Position numbers and translations under genes: made by a program. From positions 3,038,001 through 3,102,000 of the forward strand of contig OZ024766.1 in assembly GCA_964016885.1 (NCBI GenBank): 64,000 nt of DNA, given 5' to 3'. Numbering within the stretch: the stretch's first letter is position 1; every line of letters begins with the position of its first letter. The notes under the pieces were generated by a model. That model was not told the origin of the DNA. It did not search any database and saw only the letters and a list, made by a program, of their open reading frames with translations. Source of the DNA: Eledone cirrhosa. Lineage: Eukaryota. Below, piece by piece: positions 1-12,480 of this stretch.

Positions 1-53
1 TTTTATTATACATATTTCGGATGTACAACAGTACGTCCTCATCAGACAAAATA
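1..53 (-). ncRNA. Minimal type I hammerhead ribozyme motif
   Basis: Minus strand reads ttttgt-CTGATGA-GGACGTAC-tgtt-GTACATCC-GAAA-TATGTA-TA-ataaaa: full core, 8-bp stem II with one mismatch, short near-palindromic stem III, AUA cleavage triplet, stem I ttttgt/ataaaa. Confidence 0.8.
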
Positions 54-194
54 TGATACATGACATACCCTGAGATGTTAAATGGTTAAGATTGATTAAA
101 TCTTAACCATTTAACATCTCAGGGTATGTCATGTATCATTATATTTTATCTGATGAGGACGTACTACTGTACCTCTGAAAGATGTATAATAAAA
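1..194. repeat. Fold-back palindrome (arms about 93-96 bp, loop about 5 nt), probable Penelope-like terminal repeat remnant; may extend past the window edge
   Basis: 1-93 is the near-exact reverse complement of 99-194 (e.g. gacataccctgagatgttaaatggttaagatt / aatcttaaccatttaacatctcagggtatgtc). Confidence 0.92.
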
Positions 195-196
195 TT
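143..196 (+). ncRNA. Hammerhead ribozyme motif, more degenerate arm copy
   Basis: attttat-CTGATGA-GGACGTAC-tact-GTACCTCT-GAAA-GATGTA-TA-ataaaat; core intact, stems II and III carry mismatches. Confidence 0.62.
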
Positions 197-337
197 TAAT
201 TGATCCAAAGAACATCTATTTTATTAATATCTGTATTTTAATATATATAACTCTGGAAAATTATTTTTTCTTGTAGAGTGCTTCCAATCTACTGTAAAAC
301 TCATTCTTTGATGTACTCATTGAATCTTGTTTAACTC

Positions 338-385
<48 letters not shown>

Positions 386-1227
386 ATATTATATAAATGG
401 AAACTATATTTATAAAACCATATTTATTCTATTATATATATTTCAATGGTACCAAAAATTTATCTTATTACATTACAACAGGTTGTAAGTATATAAATAT
501 CTATATAGATTAATAATTGTGCAAGTATAAGTATTACTGGTGATTTTATAGAAATAGAAAAAGCCACAATTATTAGTTGTTTATATTTCTAATATGAGTT
601 TCGAAGGATATTGATTTTGTATTTTCCATTAAAAAAAAACAACACGTAGTTCAAGTTGCAAGAAGAGAACAATTTGTAGATTCAAATATTTTGTTCCAAC
701 ATTGAAAATGTTTTCAGAATATTGTTAATTTACCGAAGTTATATAGTTTATCATACAAGTTATAATATTTATGTTTGCCCGACTGAAAGGAAAGGGAAAA
801 AATAACTCCAATCTTGTTTGTTAACCGTTAAATTTGATGAATGATTTACTCATAAATATATAGAGAAAATTATATATTATTTTGTGTGAGATTAATTTTT
901 CAAGGATGAGAGTTTCAATTGTATATTATTTTAGTCTAAAGATGTGTGCAAGTTTAAAGATCAAAGAAGAGGAAAAAAGTATTGTGCATTTAGAAGAACT
1001 ATCGTAAAGAGGATAACTTTCAGAATGTCAATTAAAGATTATCAATCTACATCTAAAAAAAAAAAAAATAGATTTAGAGGAGTGTCATTAAGAAAATAAT
1101 GTCAAATGTTAAAAATATTAAAATATTAAAATTAAGGAAGATCATTTAAAACAATTAAAATTTTTAAAGAAAATACTCAGTAAATAATAGGATCATTTTA
1201 AAGGTGTATCAGATATAGTCAAATGTA

Positions 1228-3250
1228 ATCATCATCATCATCATTTTACGTCCACTTTTCCCTGCTTGCAAGGGTGGGACGGGTCTTATTCAGCACAGCA
1301 TCTCCCCACCCGCCACGGTCCCCTGCCATCCCCACCGCGAGCCTCAGCGATCTGAGGTCTGTTCTCACCACCTCCGCCCATGTTTTTCGTGGTCTACCTC
1401 TACCATGTTTTCCTTCAACTGGCATTTCCTGACCCATCGGTCATCCTCCATGTGCATCACATGTCCATACCACCTCAGTCTCCTCTCTCGCACACTACAT
1501 TCTATCCTTCTCAGACACAGTTTCTCTCTCAACACATCCATGCTGGGTCGTTCACACACATTGACACTGCACATCCAATGGAGCATATCCTCTGCAGTTG
1601 CTGCCCATGTCTCACTACCATGCAGCATATAATCGGCCTTTCGTCAGCAGAGGAAGCAGCTCCCTAAATTTCTTCCAACCCGTCCTTATTCTAGATACTA
1701 TGGCCTTGGAACACCCCCCTCCCATACTAATCTGATCTAGGTACCGGAAGCTATCCACCACTTCTATAGCACCCGCCTGCATTTGAAAAATGTGTCTATC
1801 ACTGCAACTTCTACTGTCTAATTTCCCTGTACATCTACTGCATATGTATTTCTCCCTACCTGTTAGTTTGCCTGCTATCCTGCTACATCTCTTGTGTACC
1901 CAAGATCTGCATTGTGTGCATTTTATAGAATTTATGCCAGTTCCTTTTCTACATATCGAACATGGCCATTTCCCTGACAGAATCAGAGTTTTGTCCTCTT
2001 TTCTACTCATCAACACTTTTGTATTAGCTAGGTTCACTCTCAGTCCTCTTGCTTCCAACTGCTGTTTCCATAGCCAGAATTTATTCTCTAGCTCCTCTAC
2101 TGATTCTGCTATAAGAACCAGATCGTCAGCATAGAGAAGTTCCCATGGACAGCCAGTCTTAAACTCCTCTGTTATTGCTTGGAGGACTATAATGAACAAG
2201 AGCGGGCTGAGGACCGAACCTTGATGTACTCCTACTTGTATCTGGAATTCCTCACTAAACTCCATTCCTACCCTCACTTTACTGTACAAAGTTTGCACTG
2301 TCCTCACAAGCCATTCCTCAACACCTAGTTTCCTTAGGGACCATCAGATGACAGATCTGGGTACCCTATCAAAGGCTTTCTCTAGGTCAACAAAGGCTAA
2401 GTATAGTGGCTTATTTTTCTCTAAGAACCTCTCTTCTAATTGTCTCACCAAGAATAGGGCATCTGTTGTACTCTTCCCAGGCACAAAACCAAACTGCATC
2501 TCATCTAGTTTGACCCTTTCTCTAATTAGTTGTGCTAATATCCTTTCTGCCACTTTCATAACCTGATCCATCAGTTTTATACCCCTATAATTGCTCCTCT
2601 CCAGAGCATCCCCTTTACCTTTGTAGCAATTTATGAGAATACTGCTGCACCAGTCTTTGGATATGACACCACCATATATAGCCTGATTGATGATGCGTGC
2701 AACCAGTTTAGTGCCTACGTCCCCTGATGCCTTCAGCATCTCAGCAACTATCCCCGATGGTCCAGCAGCCTTACCATTTTTCATTTCCTTAATCGCCTCT
2801 TGGACCCTATATTCGCCAATCTCAATAGCTGGTCCCTCTGTCGGATCTACTGAGGGTAATTTCTCCACATTCATCAGTCTCTCATAATGACATTTCCAGG
2901 CCTCTTTTTTCTGATCATTCGTGACACTAAGTACACCGGCATCATTCCGGACACATTTATCTCCAACATCCTGATTCGCATTGACACACTGCCTTGCAAT
3001 GTGGAACATGCACGCCTCTGATCTTTCTGTCGCAGAACATTGGCAAACTTCCTACTCTCGGCCTCCCTGCGTGCTAAGTAGACCTGACGTCTAGCTTCTC
3101 TCTTAGCGGCTGTATATCCTTCTCTACTCCCACCCTTCCATGCGAGTCTTTTATCTCTAATGGCCTTATCTACTGTGCTGTTCCACCACCAGGTCACTCT
3201 CTGTCTGGTTGGAGCTGTCCTTCAGCCACAAGTTTCATCACTAGCCTGTA
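1228..3250 (-). mobile_element. RTE-clade LINE, 5'-truncated and frameshifted (reverse transcriptase plus 3' tail)
   Basis: ORFs 2874-3197, 2344-3009, 1615-2307, 1365-1628 and 1246-1437 carry KAAGPSGI, NYRGIKL, QFGF, AFVDLEKAFDRV, GVHQGSVLSPLLF, YADD, MLHGSETW, RLRWYGHV and RGRGRPRKTW; ends in a (GAT)n tail at about 1228-1243. Confidence 0.93.
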
Positions 3251-3455
3251 ATCATTTGTAACAAAACTTTTCCAATATATTTAAAGATAATATGGTTTTT
3301 CTCCAGTGTGTGGTCTTTTATGTCTTTGTAAATGACCATTTGTAACAAAATGTAAACCCCATATTTCTAAATGATATCGTTTTTCTCCAGTATATGTTCT
3401 TTCATGTATCTTTAAAATACTTGACATAGTATTTATCACATATTTAACTGGGATT
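3245..3455 (-). pseudogene. Degenerate C2H2 finger remnants 3' of ZNF-1 stop
   Basis: Recognisable tttctccagtgtg (HTGEK antisense) and tgtaacaaaa blocks at about 84-bp spacing, with lost Cys codons and indels. Confidence 0.7.
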
Positions 3456-4940
3456 TCATTTTTCTCCAGTATGTGTTTTTTTGTGGCTCATTAAATCACT
3501 GTTTTTCATGAAAGATTTCCCACATATTTCACAATGGAAACGTTTTTCTCCAGTGTGTGTTCTTTTGTGTCTAGATAAATTGCTGTTACAGATAAAAGAT
3601 TTCCCACATATTTCACAATGAAAGGGTTTTTCTCCAGTGTGTGTTTTTTTGTGTCTAGTTAATTTATTGTTTTCAAGAAAAGATTTCCCACATATTTCAC
3701 AGTCGAAGGTTTCCCCAGTGTGTCTTCTTTTGTGTCTTTGTAAATGACTGCTTGTAACAAAACATTTCCCACATGTTTCACAATGGAAGGGTTTTTCTCC
3801 AGTGTGTGATCGTTTGTGTGCAGTCAAATTACCACTTACGATAAACGATTTCCCACATATGTCACAATGATAGGGTTTCTCTCCAGTGTGTGTTCTTTCG
3901 TGTACAGTTAAATTAGCTCTTGTAACAAAAGATTTCCCACATATTTCACAATGGAAGAGATTGTCTCCAGTATGTATGTTTTTGTGTTTTGATAAACTAA
4001 TGTTAGTAACAAAAGATTTCCCACATATTTCACAATGGAAGAGTTTGTCTCCAGTATGTATGTTTTTGTGTTTTGATAAACTAATGTTAGTAACAAAAGA
4101 TTTCCCACATATTTCACAATGGAAGAGTTTTTCTTCAGCATGTGTTCTTTTGTGAACACATAAATCACTGTTACAGATAAAAGATTTCCCACATATTTCA
4201 CAGTGATAGGGTTTTTCTCCAGTGTGCCTACGTATGTGGCTAACAAGATTGTAACTCCGAGCGAAAGATGTCCCACATATTTCACAATGGAAAGGTTTTT
4301 CTCCAGTGTGTGTTCTTTTGTGAAAAGTTAAATGACTGTTAGAAGGAAAAGATTTACCACATGTCTCACAGTGGAAGGGTTTCTCCCCAGTGTGAGTACG
4401 TATGTGCGTAAGAAGACCAGATGTCTGAGCGAAAGATTTCCCACATGTTTCACAGTTATACGGTTTTTCCCCAGTGTGGCTACGTATGTGGATAACAAGT
4501 CTGTAATTCTGAGAGAAAGATTTCCCACATATTTCACACTGGCAGGGTTTTTCTCCAGTGTGCCTTCTTTTGTGTTTAGTTAAATAATCGTTACAGAGAA
4601 AAGATTTTCCACATATTTCACAATGATAGGTTTTTTCTCCGGTGTGAATACGTATGTGGTTAACAAAATGGCATTTCTGAGTGAAAGATTTCCCACATAT
4701 TTCACAATGGAAGCGTTTGTCTTTAATGTGAATGAATTTGTGAGTAGATAAATCATCTTCTGATGAGAAAGTTTTCCTACAAATCTCACAGCTATATTCA
4801 GGAATATTTCTGTGTAATGATCCTTGTTCAGTACACGTTTCACTAGGTAAAGGTTTCTCACCACTGTATGACTGTGTAACTGTATCTATATTGGTAGAAA
4901 CAGGTGTAGTAGAAATGTCCAAGGGTTTAACGTCTTCCAT
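3456..4940 (-). CDS. C2H2 zinc-finger protein ZNF-1, 16 fingers, about 49-aa N-terminal leader
   Basis: 494-aa ATG-started ORF with 16 CxxC-x12-HxxxH units and TGEKP linkers; fingers 9 and 10 are identical (VTNISLSK). Confidence 0.9.
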   Translation of the reverse strand: MEDVKPLDISTTPVSTNIDTVTQSYSGEKPLPSETCTEQGSLHRNIPEYSCEICRKTFSSEDDLSTHKFIHIKDKRFHCEICGKSFTQKCHFVNHIRIHTGEKTYHCEICGKSFLCNDYLTKHKRRHTGEKPCQCEICGKSFSQNYRLVIHIRSHTGEKPYNCETCGKSFAQTSGLLTHIRTHTGEKPFHCETCGKSFPSNSHLTFHKRTHTGEKPFHCEICGTSFARSYNLVSHIRRHTGEKPYHCEICGKSFICNSDLCVHKRTHAEEKLFHCEICGKSFVTNISLSKHKNIHTGDKLFHCEICGKSFVTNISLSKHKNIHTGDNLFHCEICGKSFVTRANLTVHERTHTGEKPYHCDICGKSFIVSGNLTAHKRSHTGEKPFHCETCGKCFVTSSHLQRHKRRHTGETFDCEICGKSFLENNKLTRHKKTHTGEKPFHCEICGKSFICNSNLSRHKRTHTGEKRFHCEICGKSFMKNSDLMSHKKTHTGEK

Positions 4941-6439
4941 TGTAATTCTTGAAGAATTCTCAAAACTCGAGGTATGACAATGTACGAGTGATTTAGGGGT
5001 AATAAATGGTCCTCTATGTACTTATATATATATGATCGGGTATGTATATATGTATATAGGAGCAGTCCTAACAAACCCGGATTGTTCACCACGGAGTGTA
5101 GAAAAGTACACAATATCTGCTGTGTTAACAATACAAATAATACGTACTTTATATTTCAAGTCCAAATGTAAAGTCAAGAAAGACCAGGAAAGCTAATTGT
5201 TCAGATGTTGGTGATTTAAACCTATTTCTCACTGTCCTGTAAAATGTGGAACAACCAATTCACGATGTAGCGTAGTTTCTCATGAAATGAAATATTTAAT
5301 CATGTAGGAGATGGAACACCTACCCTGGAACATGTAGCTCACTCTATGTTATCTACAGAATATTAACTTTCATCTTAACATGAGATAATTACTACACAAG
5401 ATATAATTAGATTAATTAAAGTATAATTAAGATAGCAGGTACGTGATATGGTTGGCGATGTTTCTCTTTCCGGTTTGTGACCGGTGTCATACTTTAAAAG
5501 TCCCTGAGATAATTTAATACATTTAGGAAAACGTTCAGTTATATCAATTCACTCCATCAATTGTATCCAACCCAAGGTAAAAGCAACAATGTCACCCAGT
5601 AATATATAATAACAACATATCAACGAGGGAGTGTCTTACCTTTCTACTTAACCTGTTAGAAATAGCAGCCAAATCACACTGTCATTTTGTCATCTAGCGA
5701 TCATCATCCATGCACATCATATGTCCATACCAACAATCTTCTCTCCTGCACACCACTTCAGACTCCTCTTAAGCCTAGCTTCTCCCTCAGCTCATCCATC
5801 AAAGTATGGTTGTTTGCTTTCCCTCTAGTCTACACATGTCTTTTGCAGTCTCCTCAGCCCATGTTTCACTACCATGCAGCATCACATATAGGTGACATAG
5901 TCATCCTTTAGTAGTCAACAGGACTTGCTGTAAAGTGGTTCGTGACAGGAAGGGCATCCAGACATAGAAAGCTTGTCAGACAAAAGGTTGGGAGGAACCC
6001 TTGGTTGTGTCAAAGACAGGACAACATTTCCTGCACACTTGACAGAATGTGAGATCATACGGGAGATGATAGATCCTTGACCTGCCTGGGAGGTCAGTAG
6101 CCCCACTTCAGTAATGATTTAATCAATGGAGACCCGTCTAACCCATGCTAACAAGGAAAGTGGCAGTTAGAACACAGACAATGAGCAAACAGGATGCGTG
6201 TAAGCAAAACCTGGTGTATTTCATGAAGTGAAGGGGTCAACATTGACTTGGTCTGCCGGAGCATGTATGAACATGACACAATCCTGGATATTGTGCCGTC
6301 TTGGTGGAAGACCTCACAGAATAGCTGCTAAAGGTCATCAAACTAATTTGGAATAAACAATTTGTGGTATAATGCTGTGTTGTATGTTTGTAAGAATAAA
6401 CTAATTTTATCTAATAATTGTACCTTGTTCAATATTAAC

Positions 6440-7637
6440 TTAACCCTTTAGTGTTCAAACCGGCCAAAACCGGCCAGAATTCTCTACCTCTTTCTGTTGA
6501 AACTGGCTGTAACTGGTCACTCAAACTGATGTTAAGGTATTGTTCTCAAAATAAATACTAGATTCGATATTATGTGAGATATTATGTGAGGTAAAGCCTT
6601 TACTGTGAAAATACAGTAGTATACATAGAGTAATGTGAATGTTATGTGAGATATTATGTGAGGTAAAGCCTTTACTGTCAAAATACAATAGTATATATAG
6701 AGTAATGTAAATGTTATGTGAGGTAAAGCCTTTACTGTGACAATACAATAGTATATATAGAGTAATGTAAATGTTATGTGAGATATTATGTGAGGTAAAG
6801 CCTTTACTGTGACAATACGATAGTATATATAGAGTAATGTAAATGTTATGTGAGGTATTATGTGAGGTAAAGCCTTTACTGTCAAAATACAATAGTATAT
6901 ATAGAGTAATGTGAATGTTATGTGAGATATTATGTGAGGTAAAGCCTTTACTGTGACAATACGATAGTATATATAGAGTAATGTAAATGTTATGTGAGGT
7001 ATTATGTGAGGTAAAGCCTTTACTGTCAAAATACAATAGTATATATAGAGTAATGTAAATGTTATGTGAGATATTATGTGAGGTAAAGCCTTTACTGTGA
7101 AAATACAATAGTATATATAGAGTAATGTAAATGTTATGTGAGATATTATGTGAGGTAAAGCCTTTACTGTGAAAATACAATAGTATATATAGAGTAATGT
7201 AAATGTTATGTGAGATATTATGTGAGGTAAAGCCTTTACTGTGAAAATACAATAGTATATATAGAGTAATGTAAATGTTATGTGAGGTAAAGCCTTTACT
7301 GTGAAAATACAATAGTATATATAGAGTAATGTAAATGTTATGTGAGATATTATGTGAGGTAAAGCCTTTACTGTGAAAATACAATAGTATATATAGAGTA
7401 ATGTGAATGTTATGTGAGATATTATGTGAGGTAAAGCCTTTACTGTGAAAATACAATAGTATATATAGAGTAATGTGAATGTTATGTGAGATATTATGTG
7501 AGGTAAAGCCTTTACTGTGAAAATACAATAGTATATATAGAGTAATGTAAATGTTATGTGAGATATTATGTGAGGTAAAGCATTTACCATGAAAATATAA
7601 TAGTATATATAGAGTAATGTGAATGCTAAAGAGTTAA
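6440..7637. mobile_element. piggyBac-like MITE with TTAA target duplication and internal minisatellite
   Basis: Left end TTAA|ccctttagtgttc (6440-6456); right end gaatgctaaagag|TTAA (7621-7637), whose reverse complement is TTAA|ctctttagcattc, an imperfect terminal inverted repeat. Confidence 0.68.
6567..7625. repeat. 72-bp minisatellite, about 15 copies, with 60-bp deletion variants
   Basis: Unit atattatgtgaggtaaagcctttactgtgaaaatacaatagtatatatagagtaatgtaaatgttatgtgag; gives the 24-aa periodic ORFs 6521-7528 and 6532-7665. Confidence 0.96.
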
Positions 7638-7733
7638 AATTATTGGGTTGGTCTGAATTAGGCACAACACTCTATATAGTCTCTGGGTCATAATGATGTG
7701 TGTGTGTGTGTATATATATACATATATATATAT

Positions 7734-8056
7734 GGAGGTACATGGCTTAGTGGTTAGAGCATTGGCCTTGCAATCGAAAGGTTGTGAGTTCTATTCTCAG
7801 ACCGAGTGATGTGTTGTTTCCTTGAGCAAGACACTTTATTTCACATTGCTCCAGTTTACTCAGCTGTAGAAATGAGATGATAGGGACTGGGGTCCCTATC
7901 ATTCCACTGCAAAGTGGTCGTGGAGGTGCCACAACAAAAAAGCACCCAGCACTCACTGTAAATGAGGTTGGTGTTAGGAAGGGCATCCAGCTGTAGAAAT
8001 CAAGCCCAAATCATTTCCGTCCCACCCTTGCAAGCAGGGAAAAGTGGACGTAAAAT
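7734..8056 (+). mobile_element. tRNA-derived SINE (family A) with RTE-derived 3' tail
   Basis: Pol III A box TGGCTTAGTGG and B-box-like GAGTTCTATTC, central ttgagcaagacactttatttcac block, 3' end cccacccttgcaagcagggaaaagtggacgtaaaat matching the RTE tail at 1243-1278. Confidence 0.85.
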
Positions 8057-8058
8057 AA

Positions 8059-8233
8059 TTGTTTCTACTTTTGGCACAAGGCCAGCAATTATCCCCAGTG
8101 CATTACTGGTACTTTATTTTATCGACCCCGTAAGGATGAAAGGCAAAGTCAACCTCGGCAGGATTTGAACTCAGATCATAAAGAGCCGTAACTGTCTGCT
8201 GGAAAGCATGGCGTCCAACCCTCTACTGATACT
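8059..8233 (-). mobile_element. SINE family B (other copies about 14342-14510, 18139-18284, 35357-35530)
   Basis: Minus strand has B box GAGTTCAAATCC followed by gttgactttgcctttcatccttacggggtcgataaaataaagtaccag; four dispersed copies in the window. Confidence 0.75.
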
Positions 8234-8250
8234 AATGATGATGATACATA

Positions 8251-8586
8251 TATCATCATCATTTTACGTCCACTTTTCCCTGCTTGCAAGGGTGGGATGG
8301 GAACTGATTCTAGCTTGATTTCTACAGCTGGATGCCCTTCCTAACACCAACCTCATTTACAGTGAGTGTTGGGTGCTTTTTTGCTGTGGCACCTCCACGA
8401 CCACTTTACAGTGGTATGATAGGGACCCCAGTCCCTATCATCTCATTTCCACAGCTGAGTAAACTGGAGCAATGTGAAATAAAGTGTCTTGCTCAAGGAA
8501 ACAACACACCACCCGGGCTGAGAATTGAACTCACAGCCTTTCGATTGCAAGACCAATGCTCTAACCACTAAGCCATGTACCTCCAT
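8251..8586 (-). mobile_element. SINE family A, inverted relative to 7734-8056
   Basis: Reverse complement of the 7734-8056 element including A/B boxes and (GAT)n tail. Confidence 0.85.
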
Positions 8587-8611
8587 ATATGTGTGTGTGT
8601 GTGTGTGTGTA

Positions 8612-8660
<49 letters not shown>

Positions 8661-8710
8661 GAATTGGCGATTCAAGTACCTTAGCGGTATGTTGCATATC
8701 CAATCTCTCA

Positions 8711-8778
8711 TATATCTTATCTGATGAAAACGTACAGAATCCCCATTGGACCTTTGAAATACGTATAATAAAATATAT
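8711..8778 (+). ncRNA. Hammerhead ribozyme motif, degenerate stem II
   Basis: tatatcttat-CTGATGA-(28 nt, weak pairing)-GAAA-TACGTA(palindrome)-TA-ataaaatata; same stem I/III design as 1-53. Confidence 0.6.
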
Positions 8779-9090
8779 ACTTTGGTTATGATATTTCTCA
8801 TTTATTAATATTTTGAATAATATTATATATATCATCATCATCATCATCATCACCGTTTTACGTCCGCTCTTCCATGCTAGCATGGGTTAGACGGGTTGTC
8901 CTGTTGTGTGCAGTGTCTAGTCGGCTGACCATGCCTTGCTCATACAGGAACTGATTCTGGCTTGATTTCTACAGCTGGATGCCCTTCCTAACACCAACCT
9001 CATTTACAGTGAGTGCTGGGTGCTTTTTTGCCGTGGCACCTCCACGACCACCTTGAAGTGGAGGGTGTGGGGGCATATTGTTTATATGCT

Positions 9091-10110
9091 TCAGCATGTA
9101 CCCATGGGAGGTCGGGTACTCTGTATTACTGCGTGACGCCAGAAGTCACGGTCGTGTGTCATTGTCTTTGAGAGGTGTAATTGGGTAAGGTCGGCTTTTA
9201 TCACCTCATCCCAGGTCATCTTGGGTCTCCCCACTCCACGGTTTCCATCAACTTCTGGTGCTCTGCACCTTTTTATGCAGCTGTCATCCTTCATACGCAT
9301 CACATGTCCATACCAGCGCAACTGCCTCTCCTGCACACAGCATTTGATTCCGCTTATGCTCAGTCTCTCTCTCAATTCATTTATGCTTTGTCGTTCGTGT
9401 ATATTACTGTTACACATCCATCGGAGCATGCAGGCTTCGTTTCTCTCTAATCTACGTAAGTCTTCCACCTTCAGCGCCCAGGTCTCACTACCATGCAACA
9501 TCGCTGTTCGGATACACGCATCATACAGTCTGCCTTTCATTCTGAGGGAGAAGCCTTTTGCAGCTAGCAGTGGCAGTAGTTCCCTAAACTTCTTCCATCC
9601 CGTTCTTACCCTAGTTATTGTACTTTCTGAACACCCACCTCCGTTGTTAATTCGGTCACCTAGGTAGCAGAAGCTGTCTACTGTTTCTACAGGGCCCTCC
9701 CAGAGATTGGTGGTACTTGTTTCCTGTGGCTGTTTGTTGCTTGCTGTTTCAGCACAGCTGCTGCATGTGAATCCTACATTCTTAATTAAGCTTCCTGAGA
9801 TCCCGCTACATATATATATATATATATACATATCATCATCATCATCATTTTATGTCCGCTTTTCCCTGATTGCAAGGGTGGGACGGGTCCTATTCAGCAC
9901 AGCATCTCTCCACTTGTCACAGTACTTCGTCATCTCCTTGGTGAGTTTCAGCGATCTGAGGTCAGCTCTCACCACCTCCGCCCATGTTTTACGTGGTCTA
10001 CCTCTTCTGCGTCTTCCTTCTCCTGGGATTTTTCTTGGCACTTCTTTACCCAGCGGTCATCCTCCATGCGCATCACATGTCCACACCACCTCAGCCTTCT
10101 CTCCTGCACA
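9091..10110 (-). mobile_element. Two RTE LINE 3' fragments
   Basis: ORF 9091-9831 (VDSFCYLGD, WKKFRELLPLL, MLHGSETW, LRWYGHV) and ORF 9850-10041 (RRRGRPRKTW, TRPTLA..EKRT) with (GAT)n tail. Confidence 0.85.
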
Positions 10111-11028
10111 TGTATATATATATATATCATCATCATCCTTGTTTAACGTCCACTTTCCACGCTAGCATGGGTTAGACGGGAGTTGTCCCACTTGAGGCAA
10201 GGTTAGTCGGGTGACCGTGTCTCGCTTGTATTGGACTATCTGACAGGTTTTCTACGACTGGATGCCCTTCCTAACACCAACCATATTTACAGTGTGGAAC
10301 TGGAAACTTTTTACCGTGACAGAATAGCCTTTTGCAAGCTGGCTAAAGTATCTCTTTTTCCCTCGGCTACTTTTCCAGTGTAGACTGGGTGATTTTTATC
10401 TTGGCACCAAAATGACCACTTTACAGTGTAGACTGCAGGAGGTGTGTGAGGATTGAATAGGTAGATCTATGGTGGGGCACTTATCTAGTGAAGGGTGTGA
10501 TGTTATCTTTGATGTATTAATTTGTACAGTGATGTTATCCCTGATATATGAGATATTTCACAGCTACTTACCTACAATATCAAATAGATTATATTTTCTT
10601 CCTTCAGGAAATTCGTTGTAGGTATCATGGTAAAAAGCTCCCAGTCCACACTGTAAATTTGGTTGGTGTCAGGAAGGGCATCCAGCCGTATAAAACCTAC
10701 CAGCTAGTCCTATACAAGTGAGACACGGTCACCCGGCCAATCTTGACTCAGGTGGGACAAACCCGTCTAACCCATGCGTGTGGAAGACGGACGTTAAACG
10801 ATGATGATGACAACTAACATAAGTTCACTGAATGAATGCTTTTATTAAATAAACAACAATATCAAATTATCTCACCAATGTAAGATATAGTTATAGTGTT
10901 TGATAGTTGTTATTACAGTGTAATATCTTCTTTCATATGTAGATATATTTATGGTTCAAAAGACAATAGTTTCATACAATGATTAAAAAGACAATAGTTT
11001 CATACAATGATTTTTGACACTGATACTG

Positions 11029-12159
<1,131 letters not shown>

Positions 12160-12469
12160 TTATTCCCAACAAATATTTTCAATGTTAAATTTCCATCGAC
12201 TCTGATCTTTGTTGCAAATTAAAATGATGCAAAATCCTTTGTAAATTTACTCAAGTTTAATAAGAATGCAGAATCTTCTACACTTTCCAGATAGTGAAGA
12301 AGAGAAATCTGTCTATGAACCTCAGAAGAAATATTTCACTGTAATTCACCAAATGTTGATATAAAAAGACTTATATGACTACTGAGTAAAATCTTTGGGC
12401 CATTTAATCGATGATATTGATGATGTATTTAAAGTTAAAGATTCTCTTCAGTCAATGTCATGCGATATT

Positions 12470-12480
12470 CTGAAAGAAAA
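12470..12480 (-). other. Putative splice acceptor of the coding exon (paralogues at about 27783, 33688, 41631, 51278)
   Basis: Minus strand ttttctttcAG|aatatc about 390-410 nt upstream of the ATG, conserved in five units. Confidence 0.6.

Noticed and set aside
400-1225. AT-rich, purine-skewed stretch that might be a decayed coding fragment
   Set aside because: No ORF of 60 aa or more and no recognisable motif; a translated homology search would be needed.
2855-2882. CTGATGA...GAAA on the minus strand in the RTE element
   Set aside because: No stem II or stem I; it is the codon string for RLMNVEK.
6521-7665. 335-aa and 377-aa repetitive proteins
   Set aside because: Products of a 72-bp minisatellite with length divisible by three, inside a MITE.
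7734-7805. tRNA gene
   Set aside because: A/B boxes belong to a SINE head that continues into core and LINE tail; no convincing cloverleaf.
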